A stretch of 64,000 bases of DNA, from assembly GCF_030528045.1 (NCBI RefSeq), contig NZ_JAUMZR010000001.1, forward strand, positions 17,798 through 81,797, written 5' to 3'. Within the stretch, counting starts at the first letter, position 1. Every line of letters starts with the position of its first letter. The notes under the pieces are model-generated. The model was not told the origin of the DNA. It ran no database searches and saw nothing but the letters and a program-made list of their open reading frames with translations. Source of the DNA: Streptococcus sp. (lineage in GTDB: Bacteria; Bacillota; Bacilli; Lactobacillales; Streptococcaceae). A program made the translations under genes and the position numbers. Below, in pieces: positions 32,373 to 40,811 of the stretch.

Positions 32373-33134
32373 ATGACAAAAACATTCACTATCTGCCCTC
32401 TAAGCTACACAAACTCTACCAACCGCGAGTTTGAAAGTCTCATGGTAGATACGGGTCAACTACTAGAAGTTTTTGCCAAGGCACATAAGGACGAGCCTAT
32501 GTATAGCAAACATCTCGATTCCTTCAAGAGCAGGCTAGCAGACTTCCAAAGCCAACTCGCTATCGTCGAAAAGAAAGAGGAGACGAACCTGACCGAAGTT
32601 GATCGAAATCGTGACAGTGCCCTAGTCGGTCTCTTTACCCTTCATCGAGGATTTGCTAAGATTAAGGAGACCAAACTCAAAGAAGCCCATGAGACCTTGA
32701 AACCAGTCTTTGCCAAGTACAAGGACATCACCAAGCATAGCAATGGTGTGGAAACGGCAGAAATCAAGAGTCTGCTCAAAACCCTCAGTGAAGAACCCTA
32801 CCAAACAGCAGTTACTAGTCTAGGATTGACACCTATGCTGACGGAGGTGATCAGTGCGCAGGAGGAGTATGATAAGGTGGAAAGTCAGGCGCGTGCGCAT
32901 AAGTCTACCAAGGAAGTCGGCAAGACTAGACAAGTCCGTACCGAACTAACCAGCATCTACGACCTCTTTATGCGCTATACCGCAGCCAGCGCAGAAGCCT
33001 ATCCAGAAAAAGAACACCTGACCAAACTCCTCAAGGACCTGAACACAATCCGAGATAGCAAGCGCCGATTGAGTGGTTCGAGTAAGAAGGATAAGAAAGT
33101 GAAAGTAGAAGAAGCAGAACAAGTAGCAGGATAA
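32373..33134 (+). CDS. Hypothetical protein (253 aa, charged/alpha-helical)
   Basis: ORF track 32325..33134. The ATG at 32373 is preceded by GAAAGG. No recognisable catalytic motif. GC content is like the core genome. Confidence 0.5.
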   Translation: MTKTFTICPLSYTNSTNREFESLMVDTGQLLEVFAKAHKDEPMYSKHLDSFKSRLADFQSQLAIVEKKEETNLTEVDRNRDSALVGLFTLHRGFAKIKETKLKEAHETLKPVFAKYKDITKHSNGVETAEIKSLLKTLSEEPYQTAVTSLGLTPMLTEVISAQEEYDKVESQARAHKSTKEVGKTRQVRTELTSIYDLFMRYTAASAEAYPEKEHLTKLLKDLNTIRDSKRRLSGSSKKDKKVKVEEAEQVAG

Positions 33135-33225
33135 GAATAAACGTCTTTAGATATATTATTATCTAAAGGCGTTTTTTTGGTGGATTCGTGGTATAATTTT
33201 AGTATGAGATAATGGAGGAATAATA

Positions 33226-34230
33226 ATGAATATTCAATATTTCAATGTTTTTTTGTGTCGAAATGGTGAGAAGACAGATTATGATTTATCTAAGTTAATT
33301 GATAAAATTCGAGTATCTTCTTCTGTAGAAAGAACTGTAAAGTTAGGGAGTCAGCATACTATGTTTATGAATAATAGTAGAAACCCTTCAAGTAGTAAGA
33401 CGAGTGGTTCTTCTTTGGATGGTTTAGAGTATCTCCCTAGAAATAGGACAGTCTGGATTGGAAAGTATCGAAGTGAAAAACCATATGAGGGGAGGATAGG
33501 TGAAGAAGAAATTAAACAAATTGATGGAGACCTTTTCGAACCTAGTGTTTGTTTGATTATTCCTACATCGTATCTTTTTTTAATGGAGAGAAAGTTTTTA
33601 GGACCTTCAATAAACCAAATAGGAGAGTATTTATCAAGCTTTATAAAGAGTAACGATCCTAATGTAAAGTATTCGGTGAAATTTGAGCCTATGAAAACAG
33701 ATAGTTTAAAACCTTTGATAGAAGCTTCTGAGAGTATTAAATCAATCGTGATTCAGATTAAAAATGAAGGTTTTCAATTGTCAAGTTTATTTCCAGATAT
33801 TAATGATAGCAATAAAACACTATTAGAAAAGTTATTTGGTAATATGATTGAAGTGTCTGAAGAATTAGATATAAATACTACTACTGTAGCATTTAAGAAA
33901 AGTCGGTATAAAAGAGAAATGGATATAAAACGTGTTGATGGCATTTTAAAGTTATTAAACTCTTCAGATAAAAATTTAATTTCTGCAAAAGTTGAATTTT
34001 TAAATCCAGAGACACATAGATTTGATGAAGTGGATTTAAAGAAAGATGGTTTTTATATTTTGGAAAAAACTTCTTTAAAAACTGAGGATTTTGATAAATT
34101 AGCTAATCTAATGACAGCGCATTATTATGATGACCAGAATCGTAATAAAGATCTTTACTATACTTCGTTTGGTTCTTTGTTATCTGTTGATGAGAGTGAA
34201 TTTGAAATTGTAACTGAGAATAGCATATAA
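33226..34230 (+). CDS. Hypothetical protein (334 aa), AT-rich, island-borne
   Basis: Strong RBS GGAGG. GC is markedly lower than the flanking core. No identifiable domain. Confidence 0.55.
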   Translation: MNIQYFNVFLCRNGEKTDYDLSKLIDKIRVSSSVERTVKLGSQHTMFMNNSRNPSSSKTSGSSLDGLEYLPRNRTVWIGKYRSEKPYEGRIGEEEIKQIDGDLFEPSVCLIIPTSYLFLMERKFLGPSINQIGEYLSSFIKSNDPNVKYSVKFEPMKTDSLKPLIEASESIKSIVIQIKNEGFQLSSLFPDINDSNKTLLEKLFGNMIEVSEELDINTTTVAFKKSRYKREMDIKRVDGILKLLNSSDKNLISAKVEFLNPETHRFDEVDLKKDGFYILEKTSLKTEDFDKLANLMTAHYYDDQNRNKDLYYTSFGSLLSVDESEFEIVTENSI

Positions 34231-34259
34231 AAATCCAAAACTAGAAAGGAGATGATGTC

Positions 34260-34802
34260 ATGCTTAAATTTATTGATAAATATTTTTGGTGGAGTTTATC
34301 AATCATAATTGTATTAATTGTTGCAGTGTCTCTCTTTTTAGGAAATTATCTAGAGTTATATGATTGGTTTTACAAAAATGCCTATACAAATAATGCGAAT
34401 TTAGTGACCATTTCAACAGTTTTTATTGGTATTTATTTTTCTTTATACGGTTTTTTATTGAGTTCAAATACAAATTCCCTTATATCAAAACTTAAGTTAA
34501 AAGAATATAAGAGACTAGTCTCAATAGTTAATAGAGGATTTATATCTAGTTTTATTATCGTTATATTTTCTTTTTTTAATGAAAATATCTATAATTGGGT
34601 AAGTGAAATTTATATACTGTTCTTGTTTTTTATTTTTCTCTTACTTATTGGTTCTGCAATTCAAATAGCTATTTATTTTACATTACTTTTTAGATATGAT
34701 TTGAATAAAAAATATAATAGTTTTGATGAAGATATAAAAAAAGAAATTCTAGATGACGAATTGCGTAAAAAGTTAAAACAATTTTTAGATAGAGAGTTAT
34801 AA
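34260..34802 (+). CDS. Hypothetical 4-TM membrane protein (180 aa)
   Basis: RBS AAAGGAG. Four hydrophobic helices and a charged C-terminal tail. The gene ends 4 nt before the hsdS start. Confidence 0.55.
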   Translation: MLKFIDKYFWWSLSIIIVLIVAVSLFLGNYLELYDWFYKNAYTNNANLVTISTVFIGIYFSLYGFLLSSNTNSLISKLKLKEYKRLVSIVNRGFISSFIIVIFSFFNENIYNWVSEIYILFLFFIFLLLIGSAIQIAIYFTLLFRYDLNKKYNSFDEDIKKEILDDELRKKLKQFLDREL

Positions 34803-34808
34803 GAGTTG

Positions 34809-35465
34809 ATGAAAAGAATGATACCTAAAATTATTTTTAATAGAGAAAAGAAAGATTGGATTAAAAGACCTTTATTATCTAATATAGAAAAAATCATAGA
34901 TTACAGGGGTAGAACACCTAAAAAATTAGGTTTAAATTGGAGTGATACAGGTTATCTAGCTCTATCTGCTTTAAATGTAAAGAATGGCTATATTGATTTC
35001 AAGGCCACTGCCAATTATGGAGATCAAGAATTGTATGAACGATGGATGGGAGATAATCATCTTCATAAAGGACAAGTTGTTTTTACTACTGAGGCACCGA
35101 TGGGTAACGTTGCACAGATTCCTAATGATGATTTGTATATTCTAAGTCAACGTACGATTGCCTTTGAAGTTAAACGTGATTTAATTCGGGAAGATTTTTT
35201 AGCCACTTTATTGCGTAGCCAAAAAATATTTAATGAATTAACTTCTTTATCTAGCGGAGGAACTGCAAAAGGAGTTAGTCAAAAATCTTTATCAAATCTC
35301 AAAGTTTGTTTGCCCACATCATTAGAAGAACAATCCGCTATTGGCACCCTTTTCCGCATCCTTGACGACCTTCTAGCAAGCTACAAGAATACCAATCTCT
35401 CAAGGCGACCATGCTTTCTAAGATGTTTCCAAAAGCTGGACAGACAGCACCTGAGATTCGTTTAG
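34809..35465 (+). CDS. hsdS: Type I restriction-modification specificity subunit, N-terminal half (TRD1 plus central conserved region)
   Basis: A TRD-like region followed by the conserved LPTSLEEQSAIGTLFRILDDLLAS central repeat. The frame is lost at about 35372-35380. Confidence 0.7.
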   Translation: MKRMIPKIIFNREKKDWIKRPLLSNIEKIIDYRGRTPKKLGLNWSDTGYLALSALNVKNGYIDFKATANYGDQELYERWMGDNHLHKGQVVFTTEAPMGNVAQIPNDDLYILSQRTIAFEVKRDLIREDFLATLLRSQKIFNELTSLSSGGTAKGVSQKSLSNLKVCLPTSLEEQSAIGTLFRILDDLLASYKNTNLSRRPCFLRCFQKLDRQHLRFV

Positions 35466-36037
35466 ATGGATTTGAAGGTGAGTGGGAAATAAAGAAATTT
35501 AAGAGCATAAGTAATAAAAGAGGGAAATCGAACAGCAAAGGGTATGATTATCCAGCATATTCTGTTAGCAATCAGAGTGGGTTGATTCCTCAATCGGAAC
35601 AATTCGAAGGAAGTCGTTTAGAAAATCTTGAAAAAACGTCATATAAGATAGTTGAACCAAACGAGTTCGCATATAATCCAGCTCGTATAAATGTCGGGTC
35701 CATTGCATTTAATGATCTACATGAAACGGTAATAGTTAGTTCTTTGTATGTCATTTTTTCGTTAGATAACTCAATGGATAACAACTACGCGCTACTGTTT
35801 ATAAAATCACCAGAGTTCAATAAAGAAGTTAGAAGAAATACGGAGGGGAGTGTGAGGGAATATCTTTTTTATGAAAACTTCGCAAATGTTCGGATTCCAA
35901 TACCTCCGTCACTCGAAGAACAACGTGCCATCGGCTCCTATTTCTCTAACTTCGATAACCTCATCAACTCTCACCAAGAAAAAATTTCTCAGCTTGAGAC
36001 ACTGAAAAAGAAACTCTTGCAGGATATGTTTATATAA
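35411..36037 (+). CDS. hsdS: Type I restriction-modification specificity subunit, C-terminal half (TRD2 plus distal conserved region)
   Basis: KMFPKAGQTAPEIRLDGFEGEWE marks the canonical start of TRD2. The C-terminal conserved repeat PPSLEEQRAIGSYFSNFDNLINSHQEKISQLETLKKKLLQDMF is present. It lies in a -1 frame relative to the first half. Confidence 0.7.
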   Translation: MLSKMFPKAGQTAPEIRLDGFEGEWEIKKFKSISNKRGKSNSKGYDYPAYSVSNQSGLIPQSEQFEGSRLENLEKTSYKIVEPNEFAYNPARINVGSIAFNDLHETVIVSSLYVIFSLDNSMDNNYALLFIKSPEFNKEVRRNTEGSVREYLFYENFANVRIPIPPSLEEQRAIGSYFSNFDNLINSHQEKISQLETLKKKLLQDMFI

Positions 36038-36052
36038 AAGGAGTGCAGTAAA

Positions 36053-36967
36053 ATGTCAAAAGTAAAATCAGAAACTCTAAAGAAAGAAGAAAAACCTGTA
36101 GTAGCAATTTGCTATGATTTTGATACAACGCTGTCTCCTGATGATATGCAAGCCCAAGGATTTATACAGAAGCTTGGGTATGAAATCAGTGAATTTTGGA
36201 AGAAATCCAATGGTTTTGCCAAGGCTAATAATATGGACAAGAACCTTGCCTATATGTTTACGATGAAAACAGAATCTGCAGGAAAGGTTTTATATACAAA
36301 GACAGAGTTAGCCAAGTTTGGTTCAGAGGTAGAACTATTCCCAGGAGTCAAAGACTGGTTCGAACGCATTCGAAAATATGGTGAAGATAACGGAGTTATT
36401 GTTGAGCATTATATCATTTCATCCGATTTGAAAGAAATGATAGAGGGGACTTCAATAGCTAAAAATGGTGCTTTTAAGAAAATTTATGCGACTTCTTTTT
36501 ATTGTGATGAAAGTGGGGTTGCGGTCTGGCCAGCTCAAGTAGTGAATTACACCAATAAGACTCAATTTCTTTTTAGAATTACCAAAGGTATTTTAGATGT
36601 CAATGACGATGCAGTGAATGATTTTTTTGCTGAAAGTGATTTACGAGTTCCTTTTAGAAATATGGTTTACTTAGGGGATAGTGATACAGATATTCCATGT
36701 ATGAAGCTAGTCAAAACAAGAGGTGGCTACTCTATCGGTGTATTCAATCCAAAAACCAATGACAGAAAGAAAGTTCACAAAATGACTCAGGATAATCGTA
36801 TTGATTATTTTGTTCCAGCTGACTACTCAGAAAATACAGAACTTGATAAACTAATCAAGACGATTATTAAAAAGGCGGCTTATAATGAATTGTTAGAAAA
36901 CAAGAAAAATGCTGATAAACTTGAAGCAAACTTAAGAAAGCGAAAAAGAAATCCAAAACTAAGATAA
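36053..36967 (+). CDS. HAD-superfamily hydrolase (phosphatase), island-borne
   Basis: Motif I DxDxT is present as VAICYDFDTTL (D22-F-D24-T-T). Motif IV GDxxxD is present as YLGDSDTDIP. A lysine-rich C-terminal tail. AT-rich. Confidence 0.65.
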   Translation: MSKVKSETLKKEEKPVVAICYDFDTTLSPDDMQAQGFIQKLGYEISEFWKKSNGFAKANNMDKNLAYMFTMKTESAGKVLYTKTELAKFGSEVELFPGVKDWFERIRKYGEDNGVIVEHYIISSDLKEMIEGTSIAKNGAFKKIYATSFYCDESGVAVWPAQVVNYTNKTQFLFRITKGILDVNDDAVNDFFAESDLRVPFRNMVYLGDSDTDIPCMKLVKTRGGYSIGVFNPKTNDRKKVHKMTQDNRIDYFVPADYSENTELDKLIKTIIKKAAYNELLENKKNADKLEANLRKRKRNPKLR

Positions 36968-37041
36968 TTATTTGCTAAATTAAAAGAATACCGATTAAGA
37001 TTTATCGATGCTAGTATATTTATATACATAAAGGAGTTACC

Positions 37042-37797
37042 ATGGTATCTGTAACACAACGTATAAAAGAAATTAACCAACCTCGAGGTGGTTATCTGAC
37101 CATCAAGTTATTTTCAGTAGAGCAGTTCGAAGATCACAGAGTTCTGCACGCTGTAGAGTCTGTATCTCCTAGTTTAGTGGGGATTTGTGTGGACTACTTG
37201 ACTCGTTTTATGAAAGGGGCAGAAGTCCGTGATGCTTTCAGAATTTCTCTCATGGGAGCTCAGATGGTTGGTATGGGAGACCTAGCAGAAGCACTACTCG
37301 ATTTGGTGACAGGATTGGATGACTTATCGATAGAAAGTGCTTGTCGTCTAGCGTCCTTTGATGTCGTTTTTCGTGCGGGGAAACAGTATTATAAGCCTTT
37401 TGAGGAAATTTCAGTGGATGCCGAAACGGTAGAGAATATTCGTATCATGGTAGAGCGAAGTCTTTGCTTTTTCGACCTCTATGGTCCTTTGGTAAAGGAT
37501 GGCTTTCATTTTCTTGGAGGTTATACAGACACGATTGATAAGGGTGATGGAGATTTTCTGACCAAGGATACATTATGGGATTTTAAGGTGACTAAAACAG
37601 CTCCTAATAAAGACCACACACTACAAGTCCTTGTATACTATATCATGGGTTTACATTCCTTTGATCCTGACTTCCTTTCTATCGAAAATCTTGGATTTTA
37701 TAACCCTCGAAAAAATATCGTTTACCAACTTCCGGTCTCTTCTATTCCTATAGATTTGATTCGAACGATTGAAAATGAAGTGATTTGCTATAAATGA
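37042..37797 (+). CDS. Hypothetical protein (251 aa) with a possible PD-(D/E)xK-like motif
   Basis: Good RBS AAAGGAG. The segment GDGDFLTKDTLWDFKVTK resembles the D..(D/E)xK core of restriction-endonuclease-like nucleases. This is a tentative call. Confidence 0.45.
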   Translation: MVSVTQRIKEINQPRGGYLTIKLFSVEQFEDHRVLHAVESVSPSLVGICVDYLTRFMKGAEVRDAFRISLMGAQMVGMGDLAEALLDLVTGLDDLSIESACRLASFDVVFRAGKQYYKPFEEISVDAETVENIRIMVERSLCFFDLYGPLVKDGFHFLGGYTDTIDKGDGDFLTKDTLWDFKVTKTAPNKDHTLQVLVYYIMGLHSFDPDFLSIENLGFYNPRKNIVYQLPVSSIPIDLIRTIENEVICYK

Positions 37798-37840
37798 TTG
37801 CTTGTTTAAAAATAAATTGCAAAACTTAGAAAGAAACATT

Positions 37841-39442
37841 ATGGAAACAACACAAACTTCCCAGTCGCTCTACCAAGCCCTGTGGAACTCAGCGGATGTT
37901 CTCCGCTCCAAGATGGATGCTAATGACTATAAGTCCTATCTCTTGGGCATGGTCTTTTATAAGTATCTGTCAGACAAGATGCTCTTTTTCGTGGCTGAGA
38001 CTATGGAAGAGGGGACAGATAGTCTTGAGGATACACTTGAGGTCTATCGTAACTACTACGAGGATGCGGATACTCATGAGGATCTGGTCTCTGTCATGAA
38101 CGATGAACTCAACTATATCATCAAGCCAGACTTGACCTTTACGGCTTTGGTAGCGCATGTCAATGAGGGGACTTTTCAGCTAGAAGATCTGGCTCAAGGT
38201 TTTCGTGATATCGAGCAGAGTGACGACCTTTATGAAAACCTCTTTGAAGATATCGACCTTTACTCTAAAAAGCTAGGGGCGACTCCGCAAAAGCAAAACC
38301 AAACGGTAGCAGCGGTCATGAAAGAGTTGGCTGTGCTAGATGTGGCTGGTCATGCTGGTGATATGTTGGGGGATGCCTATGAGTATCTGATCGGTCAGTT
38401 TGCGACTGACTCGGGTAAGAAAGCTGGTGAGTTCTATACGCCTCAGCCTGTTGCCAAGCTCATGACGCAGATTGCCTTTTTGGGTCGTGAGGACCAGCAA
38501 GGATTTACCATCTATGATGCGACTATGGGTTCTGGATCTCTCTTGCTCAATGCCAAGAAATACTCTCATAAACCGCAAACGGTTGTCTACTTTGGTCAGG
38601 AGCTCAATACCTCCACTTATAACTTGGCTCGGATGAACATGATCCTACACGGCGTTCCAGTTGAGAATCAATTTCTCCACAATGCCGATACCTTGGATGA
38701 AGACTGGCCGACACAGGAACCGACCAACTTTGATGGGGTTCTCATGAATCCTCCATACTCTGCCAAGTGGTCTGCAAGCTCTGGCTTCCTGAATGATCCT
38801 CGTTTCTCTCCTTTTTGGAAACTGGCACCACAATCCAAGGCTGATTTTGCCTTTCTCTTGCATGGTTACTACCATCTCAAGCAAGATAATGGAGTTATGG
38901 CTATCGTCCTTCCCCACGGTGTTCTTTTCCGTGGCAATGCGGAGGGAACCATTCGTAAGGCCTTGTTAGAAGAAGGAGCTATTGATACTGTTATCGGTCT
39001 ACCTGCCAATATCTTCTTTAATACCAGCATTCCGACCACGGTCATCATTCTCAAAAAGAATCGAACTAATCGTGATGTTTACTTTATCGATGCCTCTAAG
39101 GAGTTTGATAAAGGGAAAAACCAAAATATCATGACGGATGCCCATATCGACAAGATTCTGGAAGCCTACAAGTCTCGTGAGGAGATTGATAAGTTTGCCC
39201 ACCTAGCAAGCTATGAAGAAATTGTCGAAAATGACTATAACCTCAATATCCCTCGCTATGTAGACACCTTTGAGGAAGAAGAAGTCGAGCCGCTGACAGA
39301 CATCGTCAGCAAAATTAAAGACACAAATAAAGCTATCGAAAGCCAAACAGCTTCCCTACTTGAAATGCTGAACCAACTCCACGGAACCACACCAGAAGCC
39401 GATGCCGAACTCAAAGAGTTTTTGAAAAACTTTAAAGGGTGA
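37841..39442 (+). CDS. hsdM: Type I restriction-modification N6-adenine DNA methyltransferase subunit
   Basis: HsdM N-terminal domain (LWNSADVLRSKMDANDYKSYLLGMVFYKYLSD), an AdoMet motif (DATMGSGSLL) and the catalytic NPPYS motif (LMNPPYSAKW). The ATG at 37841 is preferred over the ORF-track TTG at 37802. Confidence 0.9.
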   Translation: METTQTSQSLYQALWNSADVLRSKMDANDYKSYLLGMVFYKYLSDKMLFFVAETMEEGTDSLEDTLEVYRNYYEDADTHEDLVSVMNDELNYIIKPDLTFTALVAHVNEGTFQLEDLAQGFRDIEQSDDLYENLFEDIDLYSKKLGATPQKQNQTVAAVMKELAVLDVAGHAGDMLGDAYEYLIGQFATDSGKKAGEFYTPQPVAKLMTQIAFLGREDQQGFTIYDATMGSGSLLLNAKKYSHKPQTVVYFGQELNTSTYNLARMNMILHGVPVENQFLHNADTLDEDWPTQEPTNFDGVLMNPPYSAKWSASSGFLNDPRFSPFWKLAPQSKADFAFLLHGYYHLKQDNGVMAIVLPHGVLFRGNAEGTIRKALLEEGAIDTVIGLPANIFFNTSIPTTVIILKKNRTNRDVYFIDASKEFDKGKNQNIMTDAHIDKILEAYKSREEIDKFAHLASYEEIVENDYNLNIPRYVDTFEEEEVEPLTDIVSKIKDTNKAIESQTASLLEMLNQLHGTTPEADAELKEFLKNFKG

Positions 39443-39535
39443 TGGGCTTAATTGATTCGCTCATAATTCTCTCGTTTTTAAAAATACAACTTTATTTCCA
39501 TATTTCCTGGAAACAGATAGATAGCAAGGAGAAAG

Positions 39536-40111
39536 ATGGAACAAACTAACCAAAAATCCCAGTGCCAGCAACTCTGGGCTAGAAACAAATACCTCGTTTT
39601 GAGCCATTCTAGCAATATTTACAATGAGATTCGCCAATACTTGAAGAATGAACAGGTGGAGCTGAGTCAGGTTTAAGAGATGATTGACCGTGCCTGTCAA
39701 ATCCCAGAACACAATGGTCAGGTTTGCAATGCCTTCCAGCATGTTTGGGGCTATTTCAAAAAGAAAGCGACAGATGCCGAGCGTAAGGACTATATGCTCT
39801 TACTGGATCGCTACCGCTTTGGTCAGGCTTCCAAGGAAGACTTGATCGCTAAAACTCGAGACTTGCTTGATCGCTATCCAAATACCTACTTGCAACATTC
39901 TACTTTACTGAAAGGAGACTCCCATGAGACTTTGGCACGAGGCCTTGATTTCACAACTTCCCCGTCCGCAGCTTTTAGGCCAACATCGAGAGTGCTGTGC
40001 CCTGCGTGGCAATGGTTGGGGCAGAAAGCATGCGACGGTGGACTATGTCTTTACTCACTCGCCCTATCACCTCTATGCTTATCATCGCTTGATCATGGAG
40101 GAGATGGATAA
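39536..40111 (+). pseudogene. DUF1722 (YbgA-like) protein gene with an in-frame TAA nonsense codon
   Basis: A 47-aa ORF (MEQTNQKSQCQQLWARNKYLVLSHSSNIYNEIRQYLKNEQVELSQV) and ORF 39680..40111 lie in the same frame, separated only by TAA at 39675-39677. Together they align to the DUF1722 region of E. coli YbgA (ARHKYLLMAHSQQGYREL...NVLQHLLGYFKRHLSADER..YL). Confidence 0.55.
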
Positions 40112-40289
40112 CCGTGGCTACAATGTCAGTCCAGAGTGGTTGGACAAGAACTACCGTGGTAAGACTTGCTCTTCTTATCAAGACTTAGCAGAGGAGAAGC
40201 TAGGCAAGCCCATCTATAGTGAGCATGATGCAGGATACTATGAGGAGTGTCTGGCTAATCTCCGTGAGAAAGGGATTAAGCTGAAGTAA
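39924..40289 (+). CDS. Conserved hypothetical protein (TIGR02328-like), overlapping the DUF1722 3' region
   Basis: Strong RBS AAAGGAGA 5 nt upstream of ATG. The N-terminus MRLWHEALISQLPRPQLLGQHRE is typical of a small streptococcal family often found next to DUF1722 genes. Confidence 0.55.
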   Translation: MRLWHEALISQLPRPQLLGQHRECCALRGNGWGRKHATVDYVFTHSPYHLYAYHRLIMEEMDNRGYNVSPEWLDKNYRGKTCSSYQDLAEEKLGKPIYSEHDAGYYEECLANLREKGIKLK

Positions 40290-40442
40290 GAGTCAGGATT
40301 ATCTCTAATTTATAACTCTTCTCATAATTTTTTCGAATAATAAAAATGAGACCTTTAGAATGATTCTAAGGTCTTCTTTTTATGGGTATTAGGATTTACT
40401 TTCAATAACTTTTAAGTTATAATTAAATTGAAAAGAGGTTGC

Positions 40443-40811
40443 TTGGTGCATACAATTTACTTCTATAAGGACAAAAATGGAAATGAGCCAGTATTGGATT
40501 ATATGAGAGAATTGGCTAGTCGTAAAAGTAAGGATAGTCGCATAAAACTCAATAAACTAAACGACTATATCGAGCTACTTAATCAGCATGGGACTAGAGC
40601 TGGTGAACCCTATATTAAACATTTAGAAGATGAGATATGGGAACTAAGACCTCTGAGGGATAGGATTTTATTTATAGCGTGGGTTGATGGGAGTTTTGTT
40701 CTCTTACATCATTTTGTTAAAAAGACTCAGAAAACTCCTAGGAGAGAAATTGAAAAAGCCAAGCGTGAACTGAAGGACATAAAAGAAAGAGGGTTAAGTG
40801 ATGAAGAATAG
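40443..40811 (+). CDS. Type II toxin-antitoxin system RelE/ParE-superfamily toxin (HigB/Gp49-like)
   Basis: [22 protein letters not shown]...[13 protein letters not shown]...[28 protein letters not shown] matches the Gp49/HigB-like pattern. The upstream-toxin, downstream-HTH order is typical of higBA. The start (TTG at 40443 or GTG at 40446) is uncertain. Confidence 0.65.
   Translation: MVHTIYFYKDKNGNEPVLDYMRELASRKSKDSRIKLNKLNDYIELLNQHGTRAGEPYIKHLEDEIWELRPLRDRILFIAWVDGSFVLLHHFVKKTQKTPRREIEKAKRELKDIKERGLSDEE

Noticed and set aside
38336-39202. Minus-strand ORFs within hsdM that might have been inverted hsdS copies (phase-variable Type I system)
   Set aside because: Their translations show no HsdS conserved repeats. 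No recombinase or inverted hsdS repeats are present, so there is no evidence for a shufflon.
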